From NCBI GenBank assembly GCA_963828535.1, contig CAWHEM010000010.1:7280-71279 (forward strand): 64,000 bases of DNA, written 5' to 3'. Shown piece after piece: positions 9,405 through 24,683 of the stretch. The translations under genes were made by a program, and so were the position numbers. The notes beneath the pieces are model-generated. The model did not search any database and had not been told where the DNA came from. It saw only the letters and a list, made by a program, of their open reading frames with translations. The DNA comes from an uncultured Solirubrobacterales bacterium. Its GTDB lineage: Bacteria > Actinomycetota > Thermoleophilia > Solirubrobacterales > Solirubrobacteraceae. The number at the start of each line of letters is the position of its first letter. Position 1 is the stretch's first letter.

Positions 9405-11232
9405 TCAGCGGCTCCGCGTAGAGGGCGTCGATCTCGGCGGCGTACTTCGCCGCGATCGGCTTGCGCTTGAGCTTCATCGTCGGCGTCAGCTCGTCGCCCG
9501 CGGGCGCCCAATCGCAGGGGAGGATGCGGAACCGCTTGATCTGCTCGACCCGGGAGAGGTGCGAGTTGGCGCGCGCCACACCGGCGCTGACCTCCTCGAG
9601 CACCGACGGTTCGTCGGCCAGCGCGGCCGGCGAACCGTCCGCCAGGCCCAGCCGCTGGGCGAATGCCGCCGACGCATCGGGGTCGAGCACGATCAGCGCG
9701 ACGTTGTAAGGGCGCCCGTCACCGATCGCGATCGCCTGGCCGATCAGCGGACTGCCCGTCTTCAGCTGCTGCTCGATGTTGGCCGGCGACATGTTCTTGC
9801 CCGCCGCGTTGATGATCAGCTCCTTCTTGCGGTCGATGATCTTCAGGTAGCCGTCGTCGTCGAACTCACCGATGTCGCCGGTGTAGAGCCAGCCGTCCGC
9901 GTCGATCGTCTCTGCGGTCTTCTCGGGCTGGTTGCGATATCCGCCCATCACGATTCCGCCGCGCACCAGCACTTCCCCGTCCCGCGCGATCCTGATCTCG
10001 ACGCCTGGCAGCGGTTTGCCCACGGTCCCGAATCTGAGACCGTCGTCCGGCACCAGCGTGGCGACGCACGAGAGCTCGGACATCCCCCACACCTCGCAGA
10101 TGGGGATTCCGAGCGCGGCGAAGAACTCGAACACCTCCAGCGGAGCCGGCGCGGCGCCGATCATGTAGTGCTCGCAGCGATCAAACCCGAGCCGGGACCG
10201 TAAGGGAGCGAGGATCCGTTGATCGGCGTGCCGGTAGGCGTCCAGTTCCTCAGGGCTGAGACTCTCCCCACGCTGCTCGGCCCGTACCTTCCGTAGGCCG
10301 AGCTCCACCGCCTGCGTGACAGCCCGGCGTTTGGTCTCGTCGGGCTCGGCGGCGAACCCGGCCTGGAGCGCGGCCATCAGCTTCTCCCACATCCGCGGCA
10401 CGCTTCCGAACCGGGTCGGGCGCGCGTCGACCGCGTGAGCGAACACCTGCGCGGGGTCGGGACACGTGGTGATGGTGAAGGCCCAGATCATCTGGGCGTA
10501 ATGCACGAGGCCCCGGTCGGCGATATGGGCGTTGGGAAGGAACGAGATCACCGAGCCCTGATCCGAACGCCAGCCGGTCGCCTCGTGCAGGGCTCGGCAC
10601 TGGGCGAGCTCGTTCGCGTGGGTGATCTGAACACCCTTGGGCGGGCCGGTGGTGCCGGAGGTGTAGATCAGGGTGAGCACGTCCTCGGGCGTCACGGCAC
10701 GCCAGGCGGCCTCAAACTCGAACTCGCGACCGGGAACCAGCGTCTCGAGCTCGGCCAGTGAGATCGCGCCTCCGGGCGCGGCGTCAAGCACGACCAGATG
10801 CTCGATCGACCCGGTTTGCTGGATCGCGGCCTGGGCTTGCGGCAGGAACGCGGCCTCTACGACCAACACCCGGTTACCGGCGTCGCCGAGCAGATACGAA
10901 ATCTGCTCCGGCGAAGACGTGTTGTAGATCGAGAACGGCGCACCCCCGAGGTGCATGACCGCCGTGTCCAGCAAGTGGAACTCGGGTCGGTTGGTGAGCA
11001 TGAAGCCCACCGTGTCCCCGTGGCGAACGCCCAGCGCATGAAAGCCGCCGGCGAGATGGCGGACCCGGTCGGAGTACTCCCGGAAGCTGATCGACACCCC
11101 GTCACCCATGGTGCGCACGGCGACCGCATCGGCATGCTCGGCGGCAGCGAGTTGAAACGCCTCGCACATACTTCGGGCCTGCAGCGCCTGCGGGGGTGCC
11201 TGCTGCGGCCGGATCTCGAGTGCGCCCCCCAT
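9405..11232 (-). CDS. Long-chain fatty acid-CoA ligase (AMP-binding, FadD-like)
   Basis: IYTSGTTGPPKG, EVWGMSE, GWLYTGDIG, DRKKELII, ELTPTMKLKR. True stop probably near 9405; the ORF read-through to 9238 is likely a 1-nt error. Confidence 0.9.
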
Positions 11233-11275
11233 CCTGGCCTCTACATCTATCACCCGGGCGGCGCGATCGCCAGTC

Positions 11276-12283
11276 TCAACCGCCAGGAGTGAGCACGACC
11301 TTGCCGATGTTCCGTCGCTCAGCGATGAAGCGGTGCGCGTCCGGGGCACGGTCGAACGGGAACGACTCTGCGAGCACGGGCTGGATGGTGCCGTCGGTCA
11401 GCAGCTCGGTGAGGGGCTTGCGCCAGCGCTCGGCCGATTGGAGCTCGTCCCAGATCGACAACACGTTGAGTCCGATCACCGACTTGGAGTCAGACATCTG
11501 CTTGATCATGTTGAACCGCGGCATCTGCAGAGCAGTTCTTGCCGCGGCCAGCAGGTTGCGACGCTCGCCGGAGACCACGCCGGAGGCGCCGAAGCACACC
11601 AGCCTTCCGCCGGCCCGCAGCAGCCGGTAGCTGCGCCGGAAGCTGGCACCCCCGAGCGCATCCATCACGAGATCCAGCTTTGGCAGTCCGCGCTCCCAGC
11701 CCGAGCTCGTGTAGTCGACCGGATGATCGACGCCGAAGCCGCGAATCGCCTCGTGCTTGCCCGGCGACGAGGTTCCCCAGATCTCCGCACCGACGCGCTT
11801 GGCGATCTGGGTGGCGGCGATCCCCACCCCACCGGCCGCCGCGTGGATCAAGATCCGCTCGCCGGCCTGGAGGTTGCCGGCGCGGATCAGCGCTTCCCAC
11901 GCCGTCGCGTAGGCGATCGGGATCGTCGCGCCATGCTCGAAGCTGACGTCATCCGGAAGGGGTACGACGCCGTCGGCGCGGGCCACCGCGCGCTCCGCGT
12001 ACCCGCCGAAGCGAACCGGCGCGATGACGCGCTGGCCGGTCCGGAGCGTCCCGTCCCCGCCGTCGCCGAGCTCAGCCACGGTTCCCGAGACCTCGTAGCC
12101 GACGACGCACGGGGGCTTCGGCGCGTCTGGATACAAACCTAATCTGGCCATCAGATCGGCGAAGTTGATCCCCGCTGCGGAAACGTCGATCGCCACCTCC
12201 CCGGGTCCTGGCCGCGGCGTTGGGCGTTCCTGGATCTGGAGCACCTCGGGTGGCCCGTGGCGGGTGATCACGACGGCGCGCAT
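11276..12283 (-). CDS. NADPH:quinone oxidoreductase (MDR family, VAT-1-like)
   Basis: AAGINFADLMARLGLYP, GYEVSG, HAAAGGVG, RNIGKVVL. Confidence 0.9.
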   Translation of the reverse strand: MRAVVITRHGPPEVLQIQERPTPRPGPGEVAIDVSAAGINFADLMARLGLYPDAPKPPCVVGYEVSGTVAELGDGGDGTLRTGQRVIAPVRFGGYAERAVARADGVVPLPDDVSFEHGATIPIAYATAWEALIRAGNLQAGERILIHAAAGGVGIAATQIAKRVGAEIWGTSSPGKHEAIRGFGVDHPVDYTSSGWERGLPKLDLVMDALGGASFRRSYRLLRAGGRLVCFGASGVVSGERRNLLAAARTALQMPRFNMIKQMSDSKSVIGLNVLSIWDELQSAERWRKPLTELLTDGTIQPVLAESFPFDRAPDAHRFIAERRNIGKVVLTPGG

Positions 12284-12292
12284 ACGCCGAAA

Positions 12293-15188
<2,896 letters not shown>

Positions 15189-15264
15189 TGACTCGATTCT
15201 ACTCAGCGTTGCCGTGGGACGGCCGGGCCGGATCGCGAGCGACGGCCCGACGACGGCGGCCGAC

Positions 15265-16260
<996 letters not shown>

Positions 16261-16341
16261 GGCTGGCAATGTAGCCGTTGATCGCTGCCGGGCGATTTCT
16301 CATCCGCCGCCGGACCCGGCGCGGCGCCATCACGAAACGGC

Positions 16342-17197
16342 TCAGGCGTTTGCCACTGCGACCAACGATCTCCCGGCCAGGCGGATGGTTCCGTCCGGGG
16401 CCGTATACGGCGCCGCCAGCTCGCCGATCCGGCGTTCAAGCTCGGCCTGCTCGTCATCGCTCATCTCGATCCAGACGCCGCTGAACGGCCGCGAGAGATC
16501 GAGGGTCTCGTTCACATAGGCCTCGACGTCCGGGTAGGCGCGCTCGAGCGCGACCGACTCGACCGTCACGTCGAGGAACCCTGCGCCTTCAAGCAATTCG
16601 GTCAGCGCGCCCGGAACCGCCAGCGCGAACATGCCGGGCCCGCCGGCCGCCCGCGGATCGGCGCGCCCCATCGCCACCAGCGCCTCGGTGGGGATCGTGG
16701 CCCACGGATTTTCGCCCGGTCCGTCCCACACCGCCAACGCGAACCGGCCGCCTGGCCGCAGCACGCGGCGCACCTCACGGGCGCCCGCTTCCGGGTCGAC
16801 GCTTAGCATCAGCCCCCAACGGCACAGGACCGCGTCGACATCGGCAGTCGGAAGGTCGATCCACTCGAGATCGAGCTGGCGAAACTCGACCCTCGAGACC
16901 TGCAGCGTCTCCGCGCGGGCGCGGGCCAGGTCGAGCATCGCCTCGGCACCGTCGCTGGAGATCAGCGTGCCGCCGGGCTGGATCAGCTCGGCGGCCAGGA
17001 ATCCCGTGTCCCCTGGCCCGGCGGCGAGCTCCAGCACCCTCCAGCCCGGCTGCAGCCCCAGGTGCTCGATCAGCCAGGCCGAGACGGGCATCCCCCAGTC
17101 GCGAATCTGCGTGGCGCGCCGGCCCCAGCCGGCCGCCGCCTGCTCCCACATCTCCTGCATGTCGGCGCGGAACTTCGTTGGGATCGGTGGCGCTCAT
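16342..17197 (-). CDS. Class I SAM-dependent methyltransferase (UbiE-like fold)
   Basis: VLELAAGPGDTG, DAVLCRWGLM, VLRPGGR. ATG overlaps the stop of the MerR gene; N-terminal frameshift. Confidence 0.8.
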
Positions 17198-17970
17198 CGT
17201 CTTCTCTCCACCGACAGCCGGCGGGTGATCTCCCGGAATGCATCTTCGATCTGCGTGCTCAGGCGCTGGCGGAAGATCGCCATCAGCGCCTCCGAGGCGA
17301 TCGGTCGTAGCCGCTCGACGGCTTCCTCAATCTCCGGCCAGCGCTCCGGCGGCATGTCGGCCTGCTCGAATGGCTTCCACACCTCCTGGAGAAACAGTCT
17401 CACGAACGACCGTGAAACCGAATCTGAATGTCGCTCAATCTCCTCGAGGATCGCCAGCGCGCTCTGCAGCGAGATGCCGCGCCCCACCACCTCCTCGGCG
17501 ACCGCCAACAACGAAGGACTCGGGACCTCGTATTGGTCCTTGGCCACGGGGACCAGGACGCCGAGTCTCTGTGCCTTGCCCAGCACCTCCGGGGCGTCCT
17601 CGGCGCTGACGCGAAAGCGCTGGCCGAGCTCGGCCAGCGTCAGGGTCTCCGCGCGCTCGGACGGGACCGGCGCGCTCAGCGCCTCCTTGAAGCGCAGCAG
17701 CCGCTCGGCTGTCCCCTGCGTGTCCTGCAGGAGCCGCTTGATGCCGTTGAGGTTGAACCCGTCGTCCTGGAGTTCACGAATCAGGCCGAGTTGCGCCACG
17801 TGCTCGGGTCCGTAGTAGCCGACGCGCAGCCGAACCTCGGGCGGCGCCAGCAGGCCGCGAGCCTGGTGGGCGCGGATGTTGCGCACGGACATGCCGGACT
17901 CCGCCGCCAGCTGCTCGATCGTGAGCTGGTTCGGCGAGTCGGCAACCTCCAGCCGGCGGACCGAGGACAT
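17194..17970 (-). CDS. MerR-family transcriptional regulator
   Basis: LTIEQLAAESGMSVRNIRAHQARGLLAPP..YYGPEH..LQDDGFNL. Confidence 0.88.
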   Translation of the reverse strand: MSSVRRLEVADSPNQLTIEQLAAESGMSVRNIRAHQARGLLAPPEVRLRVGYYGPEHVAQLGLIRELQDDGFNLNGIKRLLQDTQGTAERLLRFKEALSAPVPSERAETLTLAELGQRFRVSAEDAPEVLGKAQRLGVLVPVAKDQYEVPSPSLLAVAEEVVGRGISLQSALAILEEIERHSDSVSRSFVRLFLQEVWKPFEQADMPPERWPEIEEAVERLRPIASEALMAIFRQRLSTQIEDAFREITRRLSVERRR

Positions 17971-17985
17971 GCGCCGATCATACGT

Positions 17986-19262
17986 TCAGCCGAGCTTCCG
18001 CCGCAATAGCTTGCCCGACGCGGTCCGGGGCAGCTCGGCGGCGAACTCGAACGCCTTCGGGATTTTGAACCGGGCCATCCGGGCGGCGCAGAACTCACGC
18101 AGCTGCTCAGGCTGAGGGTGGGCTCCGGGCCGGGCGACGATCGTCGCTATCACCGCCTCCCCCCACTCCGGATCCGCCCGCGAGTGCACGGCGGCGTCGG
18201 CCACGTCGGGGTGCTCGAGCAGCACCGCCTCGACCTCAGCCGGAGCCACATTCTCGCCCCCGGTGACGATCGTGTCGGACTTCCGGCCGATGATCTCCAG
18301 GCGCGAGCGCTGGTCGACCCGACCGAGGTCGCCGGTGTGCAGCCAACCCTCCTCGTCCTGCGAGCTCGCGGAGACGATCGGCCCGCGGACCAGGATCTCA
18401 CCCTCGCTCATCCTCAGCTCGACTCCGGGCAGCGGCCAGCCGAAGGTGGCGATCTGCGAGCACGCCTCCGTCATTCCGTAGGTCGCGGCGACCGGTACTC
18501 CGGCGGCCCGAGCCCGCTCCAGCAGTGCCGGAGCCATCGGGCCACCCCCGAGGAGCGCCCAGCGCAGCGTCGGCGGGTCCGACAATCCCGCGTCGAGCAG
18601 CCGCGCCAGCATCGTTGGCACCAGCGAGACGATCGTGATCCGCCGTGCCGGATCCATCAGCTCGCCCAGCACCCAGTCGGTGTCAAAGCGGCCGGGGAGC
18701 ACCGCGGTGGTGGCGTAGATCGCGCTGCGGATCGGGACCGAGAGCCCGCCGACGTGGGTCAGCGGCATCGGGCACAGCCAGCGCTCCGCGGGGTCGAGAC
18801 CCAACGCCACCGCCGAGCCAAGGGCGCTGGCGAGGAAGTTGCCGTAGCTCAGCTCTACCGGTTTCGGAGCCGCCGTCGTGCCTGAGGTGTGCATCACCGC
18901 CGCCACCGGATCCCCGCCGGACCCGCCCGGCATCCCGGAGAACTCGGACCCCTGCAGCGGCTCGGAGACGACGACATCGCCCCGGCCAGACGCTGCTCGC
19001 GCTCGCGCTGACTCAGCCGCAGGTCGATCGGCACCATCGGGTGGCCGCTGAGCAGGCCGCCATGCAGCGCGATCACGAACGTCCTCGCCGGGTGGCAGCG
19101 CCAGCGCGACCGGCGCTCCCGGCTCGAGGCCGAGGCGCTGCAGCGCACCGGCGGCCGAAACGCCGCCCGCGCCAACTCCGCATAGGTGAGGTTGCGCTCG
19201 GGACCCTCGATCGCGACCCGGTCGGGATGCTTGGCCGCGGCGAGGTGGATCCAGGAGGGCAT
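17986..19262 (-). CDS. menE: o-succinylbenzoate-CoA ligase (frameshifted)
   Basis: HTSGTTAAPK, HVGGLS, YGMTEACSQ, TGDLG, TGGENV, PRTASGK; located in the men cluster. Confidence 0.88.
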
Positions 19263-19310
19263 GACCGAACGGTAGTCTCAGGCGCCGCCCCCACGTCAGC
19301 AGGAGGATCC

Positions 19311-20178
19311 GTTCTGTCCGTCACCTGGCAGTCCGAGGGCGAGTATCGCGGACATCCGCTACGAGCTCTCGGCCGGCGATGACGCCGGCATCGCCAAGAT
19401 CACCATCAACCGTCCCGAGGTCCGCAACGCCTTCCGTCCCGAGACGGTGGTCGAGCTGATCGATGCCTTCGAGCGCGCCCGCGAGGACCAGTCCGTCGGC
19501 GTCATCATCCTCACCGGCGAGGGTCCTGACGCCTTCTGCTCGGGCGGCGACCAGCGGGTCCGCGGCGAGCGCGGCGGCTACGTCACCGGCGCGGATCCGG
19601 CGGCCGCCGTGGCCGGCCACACGCAGGTCGGCCGGTTTCACGTCACCGACCTGCACGTCCAGATCCGCCGGATGCCCAAGCCCGTCGTGGCGATGGTCGC
19701 GGGCTACGCGATCGGCGGCGGCCACGTCCTGCACGTCATCTGCGATCTGACGATCGCCGCCGAGAACGCCCGCTTCGGGCAGACCGGCCCGAAGGTCGGC
19801 TCGTTCGACGGCGGCTTCGGCGCCAGCGTGCTCTCCCGCCTCGTCGGACCCAAGAAGGCCAAGGAGATCTGGTTTCTGTGCCGCCAGTACGACGCGCAGC
19901 AGGCGCTCGACATGGGCCTGGTCAACACCGTCGTCCCGCTCGAGCGCCTCGAGGAGGAGACGGTGCAGTGGTGCCGGGAGATGCTCGCCCTCTCCCCCTT
20001 CTCGCTGCGGCTGCTCAAGGCGAGCTTCAACGCCGACGAGGACGGCCTGTCCGGGATCCAGCAGCTGGCGCACGACGCCAACCTGCTGTTCTACATGAGC
20101 GAGGAGGCGGCGGAGGGCCGGCGCGCCTACCTGGAGAAGCGCGTGCCGGACTTCTCCCAGTTCCCGCGGCGGGCCTGA
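19311..20178 (+). CDS. menB: 1,4-dihydroxy-2-naphthoyl-CoA synthase (N-terminal frameshift, start approximate)
   Basis: [42 protein letters not shown]; AGGAGG SD at about 19300. Confidence 0.95.
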
Positions 20179-20182
20179 GCTG

Positions 20183-21094
20183 ATGAGCTCGCGCGCCGCG
20201 GTCGCGACCCCCGATGGGGTTCGCATCTGGTTGATGGCGGCGCGTCCGCGGACGCTGCCGGCGGCGATCGCGCCCGTGCTGGTCGGGACCGCGCTCGCCG
20301 GGTTCGCCCACGTGTTCCATCCGCTGCGCTTCATCGCCGCGCTGATCGGAGCGATCTTCATCCAGGTCGGGACGAATCTGTCGAATGACTATTCCGACGC
20401 GCGCCGGGGAGCGGACACCGAGGACCGGCTCGGGCCCGTCCGCGTGACCGCCGGCGGGCTCGTTCCCCCCCGCCAGGTCCTGATCGCCACCTACGTCTCC
20501 TTCGGCATCGCCGTGCTGGCCGGGATCTATCTGGTCGTCGTCGCCGGTTGGCTGCTGCTGGCCGTCGGCGCCGCCTCGATCCTGGCCGGTGTGCTCTACA
20601 CCGGCGGTCCCCGGCCCTACGGCTACGAGGGTCTCGGCGAGGTGTTCGTGTTCCTGTTCTTCGGCATCGTCGCGGTGGCGGGGTCGTACTTCGTCCAGAC
20701 CAAGCACCTGGACTGGGAGGCGTTCGCCCTCGCCGTCCCGGTCGGCCTGCTGGCGGCGGCGATCCTCGTCGTCAACAACTTCCGGGACATCGACACCGAC
20801 CGCCGGGCGGCCAAGCACACGCTCGCGGTGCGCCTGGGCCGCGAGCGTACCCGCGACCTCTTTGCGGTGATGATCTACCTGGCCTACCTCCTGGTCCCGG
20901 TGACCTGGATCTTCGGTCCCCTGAAGCCGTGGGTGCTGCTGCCGTGGCTGTCGCTGCCGGGCGCGGCGCCGCTGGTGCGGCTGGTCCGCAACCACACCGA
21001 CGGACCGTCGCTGAACCAGGCCCTGGCGCAGACCGGCATGCTGCAGCTGGCCTTCTGCATGTTGCTTTCGGCCGGGCTGCTGCTCAGCCGGTGA
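20183..21094 (+). CDS. menA: 1,4-dihydroxy-2-naphthoate polyprenyltransferase
   Basis: [45 protein letters not shown]. Confidence 0.95.
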   Translation: MSSRAAVATPDGVRIWLMAARPRTLPAAIAPVLVGTALAGFAHVFHPLRFIAALIGAIFIQVGTNLSNDYSDARRGADTEDRLGPVRVTAGGLVPPRQVLIATYVSFGIAVLAGIYLVVVAGWLLLAVGAASILAGVLYTGGPRPYGYEGLGEVFVFLFFGIVAVAGSYFVQTKHLDWEAFALAVPVGLLAAAILVVNNFRDIDTDRRAAKHTLAVRLGRERTRDLFAVMIYLAYLLVPVTWIFGPLKPWVLLPWLSLPGAAPLVRLVRNHTDGPSLNQALAQTGMLQLAFCMLLSAGLLLSR

Positions 21095-22136
21095 AGCTGA
21101 CGCTGCGCCGCTTAGAGGCGCGCATGCGCGCGCCCGTGGTGTCCGCTCACGGCTCCGTCGACGCTCGCCCGTTGATCCTGGTCTCGTTGACCGGCGAGGA
21201 CGGAGTCACCGGGTATGGGGAGGCGGCGCCGCTGCGCTCCTATGACGGCGTCGGTAGCGAGGACGTCGTCGCGGCCCTGGAGGACTGCCGCCAGATTCTC
21301 GCCGGGGTGTCCGCGGACAGCCCGCGGGCGGCGATCTTGGCCGCCTGCACGCGGGTTGCGGTCCTGCCCCAGGCGGTGGCCGCCATCGACCTGGCGTTGT
21401 GGGACCTCGAGGGTCGCCGCGCCGGCCTGCCGGTGTGGCATCTGCTCGGTGTCGGCGCGCCGGAAGCCATCGAGGTCAATGCCAGCCTGGCGGTGCCCGA
21501 CCGCTCCGGCGCCGCCACCGCCGCCGCGGAGGCGCGGCAGGCCGGGTTTCGCTGCGTCAAGGTCAAGGTCGGGGTCGGCGACGACGCCGGTCGGCTGGCC
21601 GCGGTACGGGCGTTCGCCGGACCGGCGATGGCGATCAGGGTCGATGCCAATGGCGGCTGGTCGGTCGACGGAGGCCGTCGCCGCGCTGCGCGGGCTGGGG
21701 CCGGTCGGCATCGAGCTGTGCGAGGAGCCCGCTTCGGGCGTCGCTGCGGTCGCGGAGGTCGCCGCGCAGGTGCCCGTTGCCGTCGCCCTCGACGAGAGCG
21801 TGCGCCAGCCGGGCGCCCTGGACACCCGGGTCTGCGACGCCGTCTGCCTGAAGGTCTCCGGTGCGGGCGGGATCAGCGGGGTCCTCAGCGCTGCGCGACG
21901 AGCCCGCGCGGTGGGCTACGAGGTGTACCTCGCCTCCACCTACGACGGTCCCCTGGGAATCGCCGCCGCGCTGCACGCCGCCGCGGCGCTCGACCCCCGA
22001 CCGCGCCTGCGGCCTGGCCACGCTGGGGATGTTCGACGGGCGAGGAGACCCCCTGGCGCCGCTGTTCGGCCGGATGTCGATGCCGGTGGGCCCGGGGCTG
22101 GGGACGGGGCTCGTCGACTGGTACCGCGACGGCTGA
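21091..22136 (+). CDS. menC: o-succinylbenzoate synthase (enolase superfamily, frameshifted)
   Basis: GYGEAAPL, KVKVG, RVDANGGW, EEP, LDES, CLK, ACGLAT across frames. Confidence 0.85.
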
Positions 22137-22168
22137 GCCGGCACCCCGAGGTTTGGGGCCTCAGAGGG

Positions 22169-22207
22169 TTTGGGCCTAAGTGTCGCTATGCGGAACTAAA
22201 GCCCAAA
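22169..22207. repeat. Imperfect inverted repeat between convergent menC and menH (terminator or REP-like element)
   Basis: TTTGGGC..AGT..CGC-TAT-GCG..ACT..GCCCAAA, locally AT-richer, preceded by a near-duplicate GGTTTGGGGCCT. Confidence 0.4.
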
Positions 22208-22212
22208 GGCAC

Positions 22213-22942
22213 TCAGGCGCTCTTGGCGGCCAGGGTCGACGAGACCCGCTCCGGCGCCTCGAGGTGGACCGCGTGCCCGGCCCCCGGCACCACCTCGACC
22301 CGACCGTCCGGCAGCGCCGCCGCCATCTGCTGCGCGACGGCGGTGAACTTATCGTCGCGCTCACCGACCACCAGGACCACGGGCATCGTCAGCTCTCCCA
22401 GGCGCTCCCACAGTGATGGCAGCGCACCCGTCCCGATGCCGCGCAACGCGCGGGCCAGCCCCGACGGCGTGTTCCGCAGCCGGTCGAGATGCACCTCGGC
22501 CGCCACGTCGTCCGGAAGTCCGGCCAGCACCGGGGTCCGGGCCCAGTGTCGGGCCAGCGCCTCGATGTCCAGCCGCTCGAGCTCGGCCGCCACACGCTCA
22601 TCGGCCTCGTACCGGGCCCGCCGTTCGGCGTCGTCGGCGATCCCCGGGCTCGCCCCGATCAGGACGAGCCGCCGCACGCGACCCGTCATCCCCGGCGCCA
22701 GCGCCAGCGTGCAGCGCGATCCGGCCGCCCATCGAATATCCGGCCAGCGTGAACGGCTCGGCCGGTGCGAGCGCCGCGAGATCGGCGAGTACGGCCGCGA
22801 GGGTCACCGGCTGCGTCTCGGACGCGGTGCCGTGGCCGCGGAGGTCGGGGGCGAGCGCCCGGTAGCTTTGCGGCAGCGCCTCACGGACCCGCCCCCAGCT
22901 CGCGCCGGTGTGGGTGAAGCCGTGGAGCAGCAACAGGTCCAT
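22213..22942 (-). CDS. menH: SHCHC synthase (alpha/beta hydrolase, frameshifted)
   Basis: LLLHGFT, DLRGHG, GYSMGGRIALH, VGERDDKF, AGHAVHLE. Confidence 0.88.
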
Positions 22943-22954
22943 CGAAAGAACATC

Positions 22955-24683
22955 ATGACCGTGACCGACACCTACATGCTGCTGCGCGCGCTGGCCGACG
23001 AGTTCGCTCGCTGCGGGATGGAGGAGGCCTGCACCTCCCCCGGCTCGCGCTCGACGCCGCTCGTGCTCTCGCTGGTGCGCGAGCCCCGGATCCGCTGCTT
23101 CTCCCATATCGACGAGCGCTGTGCGGGCTTCTTCGCCGTCGGCGCGGCGAAGGCCTCCGGGCGTCCGGTCGCCGTAGCCTGCACCTCCGGCACCGCGACC
23201 GCCAACCTGGCGCCCGCGGTGATCGAGGCTCACCAGGCACGGGTTCCGCTGATCGTCCTCACGGCCGACCGCCCGCCCGAGCTGCGCGATGTCGGAGCCG
23301 GCCAGACGATCGACCAGGTCAAGCTCTACGGGGGCGCGGTCAAGTGGTTCTTCGAGGTCGGGGTGCACGAGGCCTCACCGGAGGGCCTGCGCTGGATCCG
23401 CACGCTGGCCTGCCGGGCGTACTGGACCGCGCTGGCCGGGCGGGCCGGACCGGTGCACCTCAACTTCCCGCTGCGCGAGCCGCTCGTGCTCGACGGCGAG
23501 CTGCCCGCGGATCGCAGCGGCCGCGCCGGCGCCCGCCCGTACGTGAGCTTCGACCGCCCCGCCACCCGGTCCGCCGGCGCGCGGAGCGATCCCCCGTCCG
23601 GCCGCGTGCGTGATCGTGGCCGGAGCCGAATCCGGCACCGCGCCCGACGGCCGGCGCCTGGCCGAATACTCGGCGCGAGCCGGCGTTCCGCTTGCTCGCC
23701 GACCCGCTCTCGGGTGCTCGCCGGGGGACGGCGGCGATCGCCCACTACGACATGCTGCTGCGTGACCCCGAGTTCACTGACGCGCACCGGCCCGAGTTCG
23801 TGATCCGCGTAGGCGAGCTGCCCACGTCCAAGCCACTGCGGTCGTGGCTGGCGAGCCTCGACGACGTCGTCCAGATCGCCGATCGATCCCGACGGCGGTT
23901 GGCAGGACCCGGACGCCATGGTGGGCATGCGGATCACCGCCCCGTTCAACGCGCTGCTCAGGACGACGCAGCCGGGGCGCCGCCCGCCGTGGTCGCCGAT
24001 CCCGGCTGGCTGGAAAGCTGGCGTGCGGCCGACGAAACCGTCGCGCAATCGCTCAGCGCCACCCTCGGCGACCAGCTCTCCGAACCGCTGGTGGCCGCCC
24101 GCCTGACCGAGTGGCTCCCGCCGGAGGCGACCCTGTTCGTGGCCTCCTCGATGCCCATTCGCGACGTCGAGACTGCTCGGCCCGGCGTCGGCGCAGAACC
24201 CGAGGATCCTGTCCAACCGGGGCGCCAACGGGATCGACGGCACCGTCTCGGCCGCGTTCGGCGCTGCCGCGGTGAGCGCAGGGGCCGGTCGTGCTGCTGA
24301 TCGGCGACGTCGCCCTCGCCTACGACATCGGCGGCTTGCTCGCGGCGACGCGGCTGGGGCTGTCGCTGACCATCGTGTTGCTCAACAACGACGGCGGTGG
24401 CATCTTCCATTTTCTCCCGGTGTCAAGCCAGCGGGATGCCTTCGAGGAGCACGTTGCCACCCCGCATGGGTTGGACTTCGCCCACGCCGCGGCGCTCTAC
24501 GGCTGCGGCTATGAGCGCCCGCACGGACCTCGCCGGCACTCCACGCCGCGCTCACGCGATCGATCCAGGCGCCCGGTACGCACGATCATCGAGGTCAGGA
24601 CCGACCGCGAAGCCAACCTGGCGCTGCATCGGCGGATGGCCGAGACGGCGCTCGACCGCGCTGCGCGCAGCGAGGGACGCTAA
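22955..24683 (+). CDS. menD: SEPHCHC synthase (ThDP-dependent, frameshifted)
   Basis: SPGSRSTPL, IDERCAGF, CTSGTA, LTADRPPEL, SSMPIRD, NRGANGIDG, GDVA..NNDGGGIF. Confidence 0.93.
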
